A stretch of 63,144 nucleotides of DNA, filler included, from Gonapodya sp. JEL0774 (GCA_027604505.1; 47 parts of 47 records of this genome joined end to end with filler, not necessarily neighbours in it); one strand, 5' to 3'. Shown: positions 11,910-25,713, counted from the whole stretch's first letter. The notes: a model not told the origin generated them from the sequence alone. Numbers and translations: made by a program.

Positions 11910-13546
11910 CGTGGCAAGTGCGGGATTCGGTTTGTAAGGCACAGCTTGGTTCCCCGTCGTCTCCCTTACGAAAATCGCGCGAGAACAAAGCTGGCTTCCT
12001 CTCCTGCATCATGAAATGGACCTTTAACACTCTTTAGAGCTTTGAAACCTCCCATGAGAAAGCTCCAAAGGTCCCTGAACGGTTGATTGGCATNNNNNNN
12101 NNNNNNNNNNNNNNNNNNNNNNNNNNNNNNNNNNNNNTTAATTAATTAANNNNNNNNNNNNNNNNNNNNNNNNNNNNNNNNNNNNNNNNNNNNGCCGCCC
12201 GAGAACGTGGCCGAGGAAGTGGTGGCAGCGCAGCAGTCTGCTGAGAAGCAGCAAATGAGGTTGTCACCGGAGTTATCATCGCTGTTGTCGAAAAGTTGGT
12301 GGTGCTTGGGTGATGGTGCAGTGTTTGGGGTTGCAGTGCATGAACGGCGGAACGACCAACCAACGTGAAACAAGCAGGGACAGACTGGGTCTGATTCTGA
12401 TTGACTCTATAGAAAGATAACGACGTTGAGAAATCGCAGAATTCCGTTGCCGTTGGACCCCGTGGAGGTCTCTGAAAGTAGTGACGAGAAAGAGGTTGAA
12501 ACGAGTGGAAGATAATTAATGACGAGCGGGAGGAATAAAAGTTGGTTTGGAAATGGTGGAAATGGGGAAATCCGCCCCTTGTTCTCGCTGGTGCTGTTCT
12601 GCTATTCGTTCTTGGTCTTCGCGATTGTTTGGTGTTGTCAGCAATCGTGTGACCTCCACACTCAGCCAGGTCCCAAACCGACGGGAAAACCTCACTCCAA
12701 ACATGAAGTGGCGTTAGTGTTCTATGATTACGAACAGAAACCGTTGTCAAGTAGTACTGAAGGCTGTAGACACGACTTCTATCATAGACAAAACGCCAAA
12801 CCCCTCGAAGAAACCAGCACGCTTGATGAGCGGCAGGCTTGGTTTCCCTCTCTTACATTTCGGTATGTCGTTTGAATATATTTCTTGATGGGAGGGTTTG
12901 TCGAGTGGCGGCGCCATCCAGTGCTCTGATAGTCAAACGGGACGAGGTTTGATCACGAACACTTCGAATCTGAAACAGAAGAATCAGTCTGATCAATCCG
13001 GACTTTTCCACCTAGTCGGGATTGTATCTGAGCATATTCCACTCGCGAGAATTTTCCCAAGTGGACGCTTCGGCAGCAAAACGGAAGGGTCCGGAGCTTC
13101 GATTCGACTGGTCTGCTTCATCGCGCTTTGTGCCCCTGCAAGGAGAAGAGGCCAGACTGAATAAATCTAGGACAGTGCGGCGAGGAGCATTACCCCCCCG
13201 GATCGAACAGGGGATACGAAACTGGGGTGCACTGAACTGGTCCTCACGGAGGAGGAGGCATGAGCTTCGCCCGGCTTGTTGCGAGACTCCAACAACACGA
13301 GGGAGCTGAGGAAGAACAAGGACCTGCTGAGAGATACGGGCAAGGGACGGACACTGCGGGCGATTACCACGGGGCGAGGACACCGAGCTTGCACAGTCAG
13401 GAGACCAGTGAGTTTCACAGAAGATGGAATTCGAGGAGGAGTTTCGNNNNNNNNNNNNNNNNNNNNNNNNNNNNNNNNNNNNNNNNNNNNTTAATTAATT
13501 AANNNNNNNNNNNNNNNNNNNNNNNNNNNNNNNNNNNNNNNNNNNN

Positions 13547-14319
13547 GACCATGAACTGTAAGCACCTGGTGCACGATAGTTTAGCGAATCAAGGAACAAC
13601 ACGTACACAGCATATTTCAATCAGTATGTTGGGATCCAGACAATCGGATCAAATTACATACCGACGCTCCTGCACTCTCCAGCATTTTGGCATAAGCGAT
13701 GGTTTTTTCAACGTCCGGGAATATGCGAATCTTGACCGTGACGGGAACAGACAGATTGTCATGGAGGTTTTTGACTGATTGACGGGACAATGAGGGAACG
13801 TGGTTTCCCACTAAACGTGCCGAAGGCGCAAACAAGCCCACGAAGGCTCACCCATCTTGTACAAGAGATCCCAGTCTTCCATCAGAAACGCTCCATAATG
13901 GCCTCTTTTAGCGATGTGCTGCGGGCAACCAATATTGAGGTCAACTGCATCGCATTCCTTCTGCACCAGCTTCGCCGCACGTAAAAGATGGTCCGGATCA
14001 TTCGCACAGAACTGCACAAACAGAGGGCGATCCGTGGGAGCGGTTTGCCAGGCTTCCGCTCGGTACTTGGGATCCTCGGCAAAGAGACGCGCATGGAACA
14101 CTGGGTGACAGATCAAGGTCGCATCACTCAATCCACCACCACAGAGCACAAGCGGAGCGAAGACGTACTGGGAGTGTAGCACAGATCCGCCGCATATCGA
14201 CGAGAAAGCGTTCTCCACGCATGCTCACTCTGATCAACCATCGGAGCAACAATTCTCTTCGGAGAACCGATGGACTTCCAAAACTCCCATCCAGTTAGCT
14301 TGCGTTGGTCGTCGCTCAT
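13547..14319 (-). CDS. DUS1: tRNA-dihydrouridine(16/17) synthase, 5' part
   Basis: [69 protein letters not shown]; 3 introns. Confidence 0.96.
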
Positions 14320-14459
14320 AGCGGAGGAGTCTGGCCTTGGAGTAGCCTGGGTGGCAGGTCTCCAAACAAATTTCTTTTTTTATGGAGCGGAGATCCTCAA
14401 CCACCTTCCTCAACTGGCGTCAAGCATTCAACATTTTCACTCACGTGATCATAACTAAA

Positions 14460-14799
14460 TTATTCGAATTCACAACCTACTAACTTAACAATTTCCCCCT
14501 CCTTATTCCTCAGTTTCCTTCTCGCCGATACATCCGTCACTTTGTTGCACCCAAACACCCGTACTTCCAAAAGCCCAGGGGCTGTCTCAACCAGTGATTC
14601 AATGGCCTCGTCGTCCACGCATCGCATCCACGATACATCCAGATGGTGGAGTTGCGGGCAGAAAGAAATGAGTTGGTCGAGTGCGTCCCGGCTCACAGCG
14701 CCTGCACGGTGATCCAAGACATAAGAACGATGCTCAGCAACGGATGATCCGAGAATGCCACGCAAAGCACTAGAGAGACTCACCAGCTCCATTCAGATT
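14460..14799 (-). CDS. RAD7: Rad7-like LRR DNA repair protein, C-terminus
   Basis: LDVSWMRCVDDEAI...VRVFGCNKVT...VKLVGCE* resembles the Rad7 C-terminal LRRs. Confidence 0.65.
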
Positions 14800-15042
14800 N
14801 NNNNNNNNNNNNNNNNNNNNNNNNNNNNNNNNNNNNNNNNNNNTTAATTAATTAANNNNNNNNNNNNNNNNNNNNNNNNNNNNNNNNNNNNNNNNNNNNG
14901 CCATTTTAGCATCCGCCGCTGAACGCTGAACTGGGTCCTGCGCAGCTGATGTGCTGAGCGCTGTACAACAAATCTGACAACACTTGTCCTCCTATCCCTC
15001 GACAGGATCTTGTCCCCATCTTCGCTCGAATCAGGTCCAAAG

Positions 15043-16152
15043 ATGCTCAGTCAACCGGCGCCGAAGGACATTGAAGTAGCGTCGCCACCAACGGACACGG
15101 TGTCGGACCTCTGCTTTTCACCTACCGCTGATCTTCTCGCAGCGACCTCCTGGGATGGACAGACTCGAATCTGGGAAATCCAGCCAACCGGAGCCTCCGT
15201 ACCCCGCGCAATGATCCAGCATGACGCTCCTCCTCTCACCTGTACGTTTTCAAAGGACGGGGCTCGCCTGTTCGCGTCTGGATCGGACAGGGTGGGACGA
15301 CTCTTCGACCTCGCGTCTCAGCACACCATGCCAATGCCCAACATGCACGATGCGCCGATCAAATCCTCGAGGTTCGTGGAGATTCAAGGTGCGCCCTACC
15401 TCGCAACAGCCGGATGGGACAGGGTGCTCAAGGTGAGTGGTGAAGCGGAAGCGACAAGTTTTCTGTGAAAACTTCTCAATCAAGGGTCCAGAGAGTCGTG
15501 ACCTTGAATCTTAAAGAGAGCTGGCTTCTACATTCAATTTATTTGTCCTCATGTTTTGTAACTCCTCACACACTCCACTAAATGGTCTCTACTCACAAAG
15601 TACTGGGACCTCCGTCAAGCGCCCACCCAGCCCATGGCTCAAGTCGCACTGCCCGAACGTGCATACTGTATGGACTCCGTTGGACCCTTGCTGGTCGTCG
15701 GAACTGCGGAGCGCAACTTGTGTGTGATCAATCTACAGAACCCTGGAAACATCTACAAGGTGAGCTCGCTCGGTGAAATGTATCTATCTCTTTTGCACCC
15801 GATTGAATTCACTGCAATCGTTTACTTCACAAACATTAGACTGTTCCCTCGCCCCTCAAATGGCAAACCCGATCTCTCGCCTGCTTCCACGACGCCCGCG
15901 GATTCGCCATCGGGTCCATCGAGGGCAGAGTCGGAATTCAATACATCGACGATAAAGAATCACAGTGAGTCTCTGAAATGAGCCACGTGTACCACCTCAT
16001 ATGACCTTTTCACCCGTCTCCTCTTGATCCCCAGGCTCAACTTTTCTTTCAAATGCCACCGCGACACCGCAACCACCGCCTCCCAACAACCCAACATATA
16101 CGCTGTCAATGCTGTGTCGTTTCACCCTGTTTACGGTACATTCTCGACTGCC
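15043..16152 (+). CDS. RAE1: mRNA export factor Rae1/Gle2 (WD40), partial
   Basis: [83 protein letters not shown]. Confidence 0.96.
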
Positions 16153-16252
16153 NNNNNNNNNNNNNNNNNNNNNNNNNNNNNNNNNNNNNNNNNNNNTTAA
16201 TTAATTAANNNNNNNNNNNNNNNNNNNNNNNNNNNNNNNNNNNNNNNNNNNN

Positions 16253-16414
16253 CCCCTCCCGGCCCCCCTCGCAGCCCTCCTCTTCGTCTCCTACGACCTG
16301 TACCGCACCGTGCGCGGGACGGGCGGACGCACTGCAACGGCCGGGCACCTTGGAGGCGCTGCGGCTGGTGCGATGTATTATTGGGGGTGGGTGAGGAAGG
16401 GGGTGAGGCGGTAG
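16253..16414 (+). CDS. Rhomboid protease (PARL/Pcp1-like), C-terminus
   Basis: LLFVSYDLY...TAGHLGGAAAGAMYY contains the rhomboid catalytic-His helix HLGG. Confidence 0.7.
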   Translation, partial: PLPAPLAALLFVSYDLYRTVRGTGGRTATAGHLGGAAAGAMYYWGWVRKGVRR

Positions 16415-16978
16415 AAGGGAGCGGGGGCGGGAGGGTTAAGGGGAGCGGGAGACGGTGTTCTGCTCGGGTTCTTGTGTAATAGTGGGATCAGGTGTATTTA
16501 ATGTACATGAATACTTTGGTGGGAAACTCGGGTCCGTTTGGTTCCGTTCTGTGGCGGCTCTGGCTCCACATCCTTGCAGGTGATCGCGCCACACGGACGG
16601 CACCTCCCTTCCCCTTCTCCGCCCACCACCGCTCCATGTCCAGTGATGGGGGGAACCTGTGACAGCCCCACCCTTCGTCCCGACGTAAATGACCGAGATC
16701 GACTCTGTGTGGAGAATGGCCGTCTGAAGGAGAAAGGACCGTCCGCGTCCCCATCTCCAAAGTCTTGGCGCGAACCACCAGAACCGTTCTCCAGAACACG
16801 GCCAAAAAAAAACACAAAATGCAGCCTCCGGTACCAAACTCTTCTTTTCGGTGATCAAAGGAGGACCTGAACCAGTTCGCGCGCTTAGGAATTGCATCGA
16901 CGTTCGAAACCCCCCGATCGAACATCGACATCCACATAGGCACAAAGTACCCAGGCCATTTTCATATCATACCCTCTC

Positions 16979-17505
16979 ATGGATCGTAACGGGACGGCTG
17001 GTGAGGTGGGGGGCGCGAGTACAGTGAGTTGGTCCTGCCCGGGTGACTCGTACAGTGCGATGGCGTGAATGCAAATGGCTGACAGACTACGTGCCGTGAC
17101 CCCCCCTCGTCCACACCGACATTTTCATTCACTCGTTCCCCCACCCACCTCCGTTCATCTCCGCCCTCCGCCCGAACGCAGCCCGACCTGTCCGACCCCG
17201 CCACCACCACCACCACCACCACACCGCCGGTCTCCGCCGCCGCGCCCGCCCTGTCTGTCGCTACGCTGGTGGCCACGACCACGTCTCAGCCAGCCGATCA
17301 TCTAGTACAGCGAGGCGAGACCAGGTCCACCCACACCGACCCGTCCACCGCCGCGCCGAGCAAAGGCCACGACGCCGCCACTGGGAACAAGGATGACGAC
17401 GGCGACGAGTCGACCTACGACGACGAGACGGCGAGGCGAGAGGCGATGGCCAGGATGCCGTGGTATGGGAGGAAGAGGGTCAGGGAGTTTATTGGAAGAG
17501 AGGCG
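16979..17505 (+). CDS. Protein N-terminus, possibly aquaglyceroporin
   Basis: Low-complexity N-terminus ending PWYGRKRVREFIG, like the segment before TM1 of MIP channels; diagnostic NPA motifs are not in the contig. Confidence 0.3.
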
Positions 17506-17605
17506 NNNNNNNNNNNNNNNNNNNNNNNNNNNNNNNNNNNNNNNNNNNNTTAATTAATTAANNNNNNNNNNNNNNNNNNNNNNNNNNNNNNNNNNNNNNN
17601 NNNNN

Positions 17606-18857
17606 GCAATTGCGAAAGTGGGCGACCGTGGAAGGTAGGATTCGCGGTTCGATTTTGCAGGGGAATTGGAGCGCGAGCCCAGAGTGAGGGCACGGCCGAG
17701 AGAGGCCACAGTGAGAGACAAACCACGCGAGACCGGCCGAGACCTAGGGGGGGCTCTAGTGCTGACACGACGGGAGATAGCACGCGCGACTCCAGCGAGG
17801 CCAGATCTACGATTGGTGGTGGGGAAGTCCTCGTCCTCTGAGGACTCATCCGTTTCTCCCTGGTCTTTGGTGGGTTTGAGAGCGGAGGAGGGTTGCCCTG
17901 GAGAGTCATGATATTGTACGATACGACCACGGTCAGAAAATGAATAAATGAGGGTGATCAGCGTTTTTTGCGAGAGACTTTACAACACTTACCACCTGCC
18001 GACACAATAGACTCGTTGCGACGCCGCACAGGTGAGCCAAGGGAGATGGTCAGTCCCCGTCTCAAGGTTTTGGGCTGTCGATCCAGTGTGATGTTGGCCA
18101 GAGGGCTCGGGGGCGGCAGGTCGATTTGAAGCTTGGGGGCTTCACGACGAGCAGAGATGGGAGAAAGGTCGACAGCGGGATCAAGTGGAGCAGTAGCGAC
18201 GGGGCTCTCTAACGGAGCGATGTGTCCACCCTTGATTGCGTTTGAGACTGCCGCGACCCACTGCGTAAGCTGAGCCGGGTCCACTACTAAGGCGTCTGCT
18301 TGCCATGAGTGATCACATGCAATTTCCCGCCAATCACCGAGGTGGTACGCGAATGAACGTATGTCCTGCTTCTTGAAGGGAGGAGGGCGATAACATGCGT
18401 GTCTACGTTCTTTCTTGGTGAACGAAGAAGGGTCAGGTGGGGGAGAGCGAAGTTCGGGTGGATGAGAAGGAGAATCTGACGGGGTGAGTGTCGCCGGGTG
18501 CGAGGTTCCTGTGTGGTGCGAAGCAGGGGAAGGGTGGTGGGCAGTGGATGGATGGGTCGTGGAGGTGGCACCTGAATGCGGCGCACTTGGTGGTGACAAT
18601 TGTGGTTGCTGGGATTGTGGTACAGGCAGGTGCTGAGGTATTTCCAAACTAGCGGAATGGTTGGCAGGATTGCTCGGCTGGGAATGATCACCACCGACGT
18701 GTACGACACGCGAGTCACCCCTGCTCGGCACCGCCAGACCAGCAGTAGACTCCACTAGAACTCGAAGTTGTGGGCGTTTGCCACCTTGGTTTTGTTCGGA
18801 TGCCTTGTGCACATGGGTGTGGTCGGCTGAGATCGCGTGTCGAAGGAAGCATCCAGG
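17606..18857 (-). CDS. Hypothetical Pro/Ser-rich protein (internal fragment)
   Basis: 284-aa and ~110-aa open frames joined by a short intron near 17935-17992. Confidence 0.65.
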
Positions 18858-18957
18858 NNNNNNNNNNNNNNNNNNNNNNNNNNNNNNNNNNNNNNNNNNN
18901 NTTAATTAATTAANNNNNNNNNNNNNNNNNNNNNNNNNNNNNNNNNNNNNNNNNNNN

Positions 18958-20209
18958 GCCATTCTCAAAGATTGAATCCCGAATCTTACGGAGACTCCTG
19001 TACTTCATGAGACCTGGCGTGACAATCAACGGTGCAGATTGGCTGCGGAAGCAAGTTATGGAGACGTATGACTCAGCCAGACGCGACAAAATAAAGCCAA
19101 TGTTGAAGGTATGTGTGAACTTTTGGATTTCTGATGCTCTGACAGCTAACCCCCCCCTCTTCCACTATGGGAATCGGGGAAAATCTATAGAACGCTGGCA
19201 CACTCATTCACCTTGTCTTTGACACTTGGACATCAGAGAACAACTTGGCCTTTTTGGGACTCATTGCACAGTTTTGCAATACAGACCTGCAAGTGGTTCA
19301 GGTTGTCCTTTGCTGCAAGGAGATACAAGGAGCGCATACTGGCCAGAACCTTGCAGGGTATGTGATGGAGGAGATTGAGTTCTATGAGATCCATAGATTG
19401 GTAAGTTGATTTTCATGGGTGCGCCAATCATCTTTTGCTGCTACTAACATTTTGTAATATGTATTGGGCTCCAGGTTGGATACACCACAAGTGACAATGC
19501 CACCAATAATGACACACTCCTCCACCACCTGGCTGTCCTTTTGAACGAGAATGATGACCCAGCAAAGGTCAACACGCGCTTCCACGAGCACAACAATCGT
19601 CTCCGTTGCGGCCAGCATTCTTTCCACCTTTCAGCAACAGGTGCTATTGCAGTGGTCAAGGGCAAGTCACAGTATCTTGGGGACTCACCTGAGAGCAATG
19701 CCCCTGATGCTCAACCTTTGGAGAGTCTCTGGGAAACAGAACTCTCTAAAGCAAGTCCCAACGTTGTCATCAAGGCCAGAAAGTTCACGTACACTCTCGG
19801 GGCAAGCCCTCAACGCCGGGCAATGCTGAAGGGTGCCTGTGCTATCCACTCCATCCAATATCTCTCCCCAAACCTGGATTCTCCAACACGATGGTGGTCC
19901 CTCTCACAGCTTACGTCCAACCTTCTTGCGATGAAGGATGCTGCAAACACTGTTGCTAGTAAGAATGTAGACGTTGCTAAACATCAACTTAGCATCTCTG
20001 AGTGGGCAGATCTTGAAGCAGTGGACAAGTTTTTGAAGGTGAGCTCTCATTCAATTGAATTAATTCCATCTTTCACAATGGCATTTCTCCACCAGATCTA
20101 TGAAGACACTCGTCTTACTATTGGTGATGACCCTGCAGCACATCTCATTGTGCCAATCTTCAATCATCTCATCAATCGATTAGAGCGGCGAGTTCTTAAT
20201 TCAAATGCC
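18958..20209 (+). mobile_element. hAT transposase (intron-containing, frame intact in the fragment)
   Basis: FDTWTS, GAHTGQNLA, TSDNATNN, RLRCGQHSFHL (CxxH), DSPTRWWS, EW..L; three GT-AG introns. Confidence 0.93.
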
Positions 20210-20309
20210 NNNNNNNNNNNNNNNNNNNNNNNNNNNNNNNNNNNNNNNNNNNNTTAATTAATTAANNNNNNNNNNNNNNNNNNNNNNNNNNNNNNNNNNN
20301 NNNNNNNNN

Positions 20310-21255
20310 TTCTGGACACAAGACTTTGGTATGCTCGCTGCTGGATACACGCCGAATGCTCCCATATGCGGTACGTGAATTGAATCTTCTGTGGTGTGAT
20401 GTAACTTCCAAGAACGAAACTCTAAATCGGGCATCAACTGGTTCTCCGATCTCTGATCTGATAGGCTCCGCTCTTCTCCCTCAACCAGCTCCAGCTCCTG
20501 CACCTATAGTTGTTCCCGTTCAAGCTCTTCCAGTTGCACCCTCTCAAATGCCGTTGATCGTTCTCACTTCTACAGTACCGCTCGTGACATCCACCACAAG
20601 AAGTACGTGTTGGCTTGGCACGTCACCGAAGCCAACATCAATTTCACCTTTATCTGCGTTGTTTATTTGCCTTTTCACACCTCGCTTCATCACTAACAGC
20701 AGCACGGCCTGGATCAGTGACAGTTGCCCCAGCTCCAGCGACTCAGTTTCAAGAGGTCACAACAAAAATCACACCCACTGCCTCCGTTTGTGCAACTACA
20801 ACTGTGACTACCACTGTGACTCATGGTGAGCTGGAGGATCTGCGGTTTGCGGTTCCTTCTTGTCGACATACCATGCCTGACGTTGATCTGATCATGTCGA
20901 CTCTACCTTCACGCATGACCTCAACTGCACCCACTTGCGCTATAACGTTCTTCTCATGCCATGTACTGCGGCACCGAGCGTAGTATCTACCCTCGTGGCA
21001 TCACCAACACAGCCACGATGTCCTTGTTGTGCAAAAGTCGTTGAAACGGGCACCGCTGCGGGTGAGCTGCACTGAACTGGAGCAACCAGGCAACACGTAG
21101 GACATTGAACAGACTTTGGATTTGTAAACTTCACCATTCAAGGTGCCACGTCGACAGCAACGTGCAAGGTGATATGTGTAGAAACTGGTTACCCGACACG
21201 CACTGTGAAAATGGAGCACGTCTCGTTTGAATATTCGAAGAGCCAAATTTTCTAA
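20310..21255 (+). CDS. CAP/SCP-domain protein C-terminal part with Pro/Thr-rich tail
   Basis: First exon WTQDFG (end motif of CAP domains), then spliced Pro/Thr-rich and Cys-containing exons to TAA 21255. Confidence 0.5.
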
Positions 21256-21661
21256 TATGTGCAGTATACGTGACGGGGTAGACAGATAAAGTGGCATATT
21301 ACCGTGTAATGTGTAATATTTGTATGATAAAAGTTTGGATGAAATGGCGAAGCTTCCGGTCGCGGATGGTCGGAGGTCAGCAAGCGAGCACAACAGCACA
21401 AAGCGCACTCCAACAAAAAATTCTCTTTATCGAATGCAAGAATAGCGCGTGGGTCGCTTTTGGTTCGAAAACACCTTGCTTTTAAAACACGATCTTGGTT
21501 GAGTGACCAAAGCACAACGGTGAGGCTTCACATTTAGTCATTACCTTCCAGATTCGGAAACNNNNNNNNNNNNNNNNNNNNNNNNNNNNNNNNNNNNNNN
21601 NNNNNTTAATTAATTAANNNNNNNNNNNNNNNNNNNNNNNNNNNNNNNNNNNNNNNNNNNN

Positions 21662-22912
21662 TTCATTGACGAAATTCAGGCTCGTACAGTACTGTCGCAC
21701 CTTTTCCTTTTCCTGTTCACATATTCTTCACGGAGTATGATCTTGGTCCTTCAGACCAGACGCCGACCACGGCCTCGTTTTCGGTGCCTGCGCAGTGCCT
21801 TTGCTGCTTTATGGAATAGATGGCTCGAACTCGTTCCTGAGTTGTGAGTCTGAAGCATGTGATTCTTCAAGTGATTTGTATCGAACCTTGCTTTGAATCA
21901 TCGCAGCGAAACATATGGACATTCTGCTCTTATGTAGCGTCTTGAACTCGTGCTACGTTTATCTCAGTCTCTGGTCGTCGTTCGGACGTTCACGACTGGT
22001 TGAGTGGAGTGTGATGGTGGTATTTGCGCTCGTGGCGGCAAGCTCCTGCTTCGGCGGCGAACCAGGTTCGTAAAGACGTTTCTATTGCATCACCAAATAA
22101 CGCGTCGTCCCTCAGAAGCATCTGACACTCGCTGTTCCATGATCCAATGCAGAGGCCTTTGCCCTGTCAATCTACATCCTGCTCCAGAGCATTGTATTCA
22201 GTCGGATATGGCTAAATTTGACTACCTCAATCGGACGTAGCTTTTCTGCTGGGGAACTTTGCTTTGCGTGCCAGTGTGCTGCGCTGTGGGGTGCAGACGG
22301 ACTCGCATTCACGGTGGAACGTCTTGGAACATGGGTGAGCCTTCTACCAGCATCTCTTAAGGATCTCAGACAAATGAAAGACTATACACGAAGCTACATC
22401 TAGATTTGGCGTCTCTCAACTGGCTGCCATTACATTCTCCGACATCCATTCTTGCACAATCCCTTATCCTGGGCATGCTTCTCGTCCCCACAGTGCTATC
22501 GCGCCCTTTATCTTATCTCTTCCATGTCACCTACCTCCGTCATGATAAGACAACCGGACGTGTCAGTGGAAATGGCCAGAAGAGAATCGGAAGAGATGTC
22601 TCCTTGCGACCGACCGTCCAGTTCTACACTGGCTTTCTTGCCTGGATCGTATTGGTTATATGGCCGTGGACGTGGTTTTTGATGAAGCGAGAACCCGTTA
22701 CTTGGTGGGTTCTGGTGTTGGTGTTATCAGTTAGTCCGCTTCATTGCTAACTTCTTGTTCTTGATGAACAACCATTACCGTCGAAGGGTCCTCCACATGA
22801 CCTTAACCTCCCCTAGCCGCGTCGGTCTCATTTTGTTCTTTGTCTCTTCTCTATCCTTGACGTACATCGCAGACTCCTGGTTACGTAGCTCTGTAGACAC
22901 CGTGCGTGCAGT
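21662..22912 (+). CDS. SEC59: Dolichol kinase, N-terminal/central TM region
   Basis: RSFSAGELCFACQ (SFTxGE-like), LAQSLILGMLL, REPVTW...SRVGLILF; multi-exon hydrophobic protein. Confidence 0.7.
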
Positions 22913-23336
22913 NNNNNNNNNNNNNNNNNNNNNNNNNNNNNNNNNNNNNNNNNNNNTTAATTAATTAANNNNNNNNNNNNNNNNNNNNNNNNNNNNNNNN
23001 NNNNNNNNNNNNAGGAGCTCCTTGCTTCTCCGTCAAAAAACTATAGAGGAGTGATTGACTTACTCCTTTCCAACGCCTTGAGTGCCTCCTATGACAGCGA
23101 TCTTCATGTGGAAAGGTTGTTGGTCAATTCGGATTTGGGTGCCGACGTCGTTCGTCCACACAAAGGACTGCCTAATTCAGGTGTCGCGACAGTTCCATGA
23201 AAAGTCCGATTGAGCGCGTAGACGTGCATTTATTGTGTACAATTTCATGCAATGTGAAAATGCAAATTGATGTGGTATAAATTCTTACTGCAGCATCAGC
23301 CGATCCATTGGGACTGTCGCTTTTTATCCGAGAGTG

Positions 23337-24263
23337 TTACTCTCCGAACATCTTTTCATGCCATTGAACGACTTTAGGGTGGCACTAGCAACGCATGGAG
23401 TCGCTTAGTACGTACAAGCTTTAGACACACTGTCACCCTCGATAACCTTACCTGCACCTTCTTTGGGTCGAAGTTCAAGACTTGCAGGGATTCAAGAGAC
23501 ACAGCTCGAGAAAGAGCAACGTACGCCTGACCTTTCTCACTGTGAAGGAGCCAAAGTCAGAGGACAGTCACGAGGCTTGGAAGATTATCATCGCAAAATC
23601 GAATGCGGGGATGCTTACAAAACGGATCGGAGGTCGACCTTCAGCCTGTCAAGTGTCTGACCTTGCGCTTTGTGCACACTTGTCGCCCAAGCAAGGACCA
23701 GAGGTATTTGTCTTCGCCTCGCAACCACTTCACCTGAATCGGCATGCTTTCAAACGCACACCACACAAAAATCGTGTCGGTACTTACCATTCATTTCTAT
23801 GGTCCATTCCTCTGGCTCCAACTCCAGTTCCGGTCCTCTATCAAACTTTCGACAGAGATCGCTGAGATCGGATACGAGGGCGAATATGTCAGATCAGAGT
23901 CAAAATTTACCTTCACGAGTGGCATTCCTGATCCTTCCGAAAAGCCCGTAACCTTGCCCAGCGCCCCATTAACAAGAGTCAGGCTCTTATTCTTGATCAA
24001 CATGACAAGCGCTCCCGTCTTGAGCCGAAGCGTTTGAGGTGCCAGACAAGAGGTTTGAAGTTTCGAAAGATGTGACTGAACTCCAGTATCAACCGCCTCC
24101 AATCCACCAGAAGGAAGAGAAAAGTCAATCGCCAGTTTTCAACCTGCTTAGTACATACTCACCTGAAACTCTCTTTCCTCCCCATTGATGGCCCTCATTC
24201 TCCTTGAATTCTCCGACTCGACCTCCTCCCTACGAGAAAAGATCAAGCTCGGTTCCTTGCCTT
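23337..24263 (-). CDS. PIF1: Pif1-family DNA helicase, C-terminal part
   Basis: [54 protein letters not shown]; several introns. Confidence 0.95.
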
Positions 24264-24363
24264 NNNNNNNNNNNNNNNNNNNNNNNNNNNNNNNNNNNNN
24301 NNNNNNNTTAATTAATTAANNNNNNNNNNNNNNNNNNNNNNNNNNNNNNNNNNNNNNNNNNNN

Positions 24364-24851
24364 CGTCAGACATCTCAGCGTCTCCTGTTTTGAGCGCGTT
24401 TTCATGCCAGTGGTTGAAATCTTGCTGTTTGATCGCGAAGCAATGTCACGGGATGCGCTCAATGGATCCAACGGGGAATTCAAACTTACGTGAACCCTTC
24501 TCCAGATGGCATTCAAATCCGCATCAGCCTTGCATGTACGTTTCACCAATATTAGTGACGGAGAGATTCCATCAATTTCCGACTGAACCAAGCAAAATAC
24601 CCACAATCTCGAGGGATTGGTCGATTGCACGATCCGCGTTCTCCGGGGGAACAAGAATTTGCTTGGAAAACAATTCCGTGCGTAAGCGATCGATGATAAC
24701 CTTTGTTTTGATGGAAATGAGAGAAGTGAAACCTGCGTATTAGTTGACTAACGATCAGGGAAGGACGGCGTACCTTTGCAGCAAGTGCAGCTTGCGACTG
24801 TTTGGCATCGAAATCTTTCTCGATTTGCGAGAAAATCTGACGAATCGACAT
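24364..24851 (-). CDS. Hypothetical protein, 5' part (4 short exons)
   Basis: MSIRQIFSQIEKDFDAKQSQAALAAK|VIIDRLRTELFSKQILVPPENADRAIDQSLEI|ADADLNAIWRRVH|QDFNHWHEN, with in-phase GT-AG introns. Confidence 0.55.
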
Positions 24852-25280
24852 GGCTGCCTAGAACAAGCAACTGCTGCGCAAACAGCCAGGATTTTTGGAG
24901 CACAACAGCAGCCAAGCGTGGTGTGGCGGTGCAACATGGGTGGGCTCCTCAACCCGCTCGAACAACAATATATACAGACATGCCACATTCCGACACGGCA
25001 ACGGAACTTGAGATATTTTCTTGTTTCAATTTTTCGAACGAGCTGTCCATAGGGCGCTTCTGCTGGTCCGAGACATATATTTTCTTTCAAAATCGCTTTC
25101 TTCATATGAAAGTCGCATGCCCATACGAACGTGTTTTATGAGATGATGCATTGAAGGAGGCACCAAGTTCCTTTGGACGGAATGCGGTTTGGTGGTAGGG
25201 GACCCTTTTCAGGAGAACAAGTTTTCTTTCGGGCATTGCTGAATACCATCCACCCATAAGCAACCCCGCAAGTCAGCTGC

Positions 25281-25556
25281 ATGCCCGTCTGGAGAACGGA
25301 CCCTTCTGTAAGGGCGCCAAGCGTGCCAGCGTTCCTTGAGAATGGATCTACAGGCCACGACAACACCAAGCTGATCGCCACACGCTCGACCCATCAAAAG
25401 CCCGCTCGAGACGCATCGGCGAGAGAGAAAGCGCTTGCTGATTTGCGGAGACGATATGACGACTTTCTGGAGGGAGTGGTGAGCTCTGATCCCGAGGATT
25501 TCGATGACAAGTACACCGCTGTGAACTCTGTGGCATATTTTGTCGGTAACTGGAGG
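25281..25556 (+). CDS. Hypothetical protein first exon
   Basis: ATG-initiated 92-codon frame ending at a GT donor. Confidence 0.4.
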
Positions 25557-25713
25557 TAGTGAGTGGGATATATACATGTTTTGCTCTGTTGACCTTACCG
25601 CAAATCATTTCATNNNNNNNNNNNNNNNNNNNNNNNNNNNNNNNNNNNNNNNNNNNNTTAATTAATTAANNNNNNNNNNNNNNNNNNNNNNNNNNNNNNN
25701 NNNNNNNNNNNNN

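Noticed and set aside
12194..13446. ORFs in this contig (202 aa minus, several plus)
   Set aside because: No recognisable motif; looks like a long promoter/5' UTR region with a gene start at the left edge.
23337..24263. PIF1 as a Helitron helicase
   Set aside because: Motifs ([28 protein letters not shown]) and intron-rich structure fit cellular Pif1; no Rep domain is visible.
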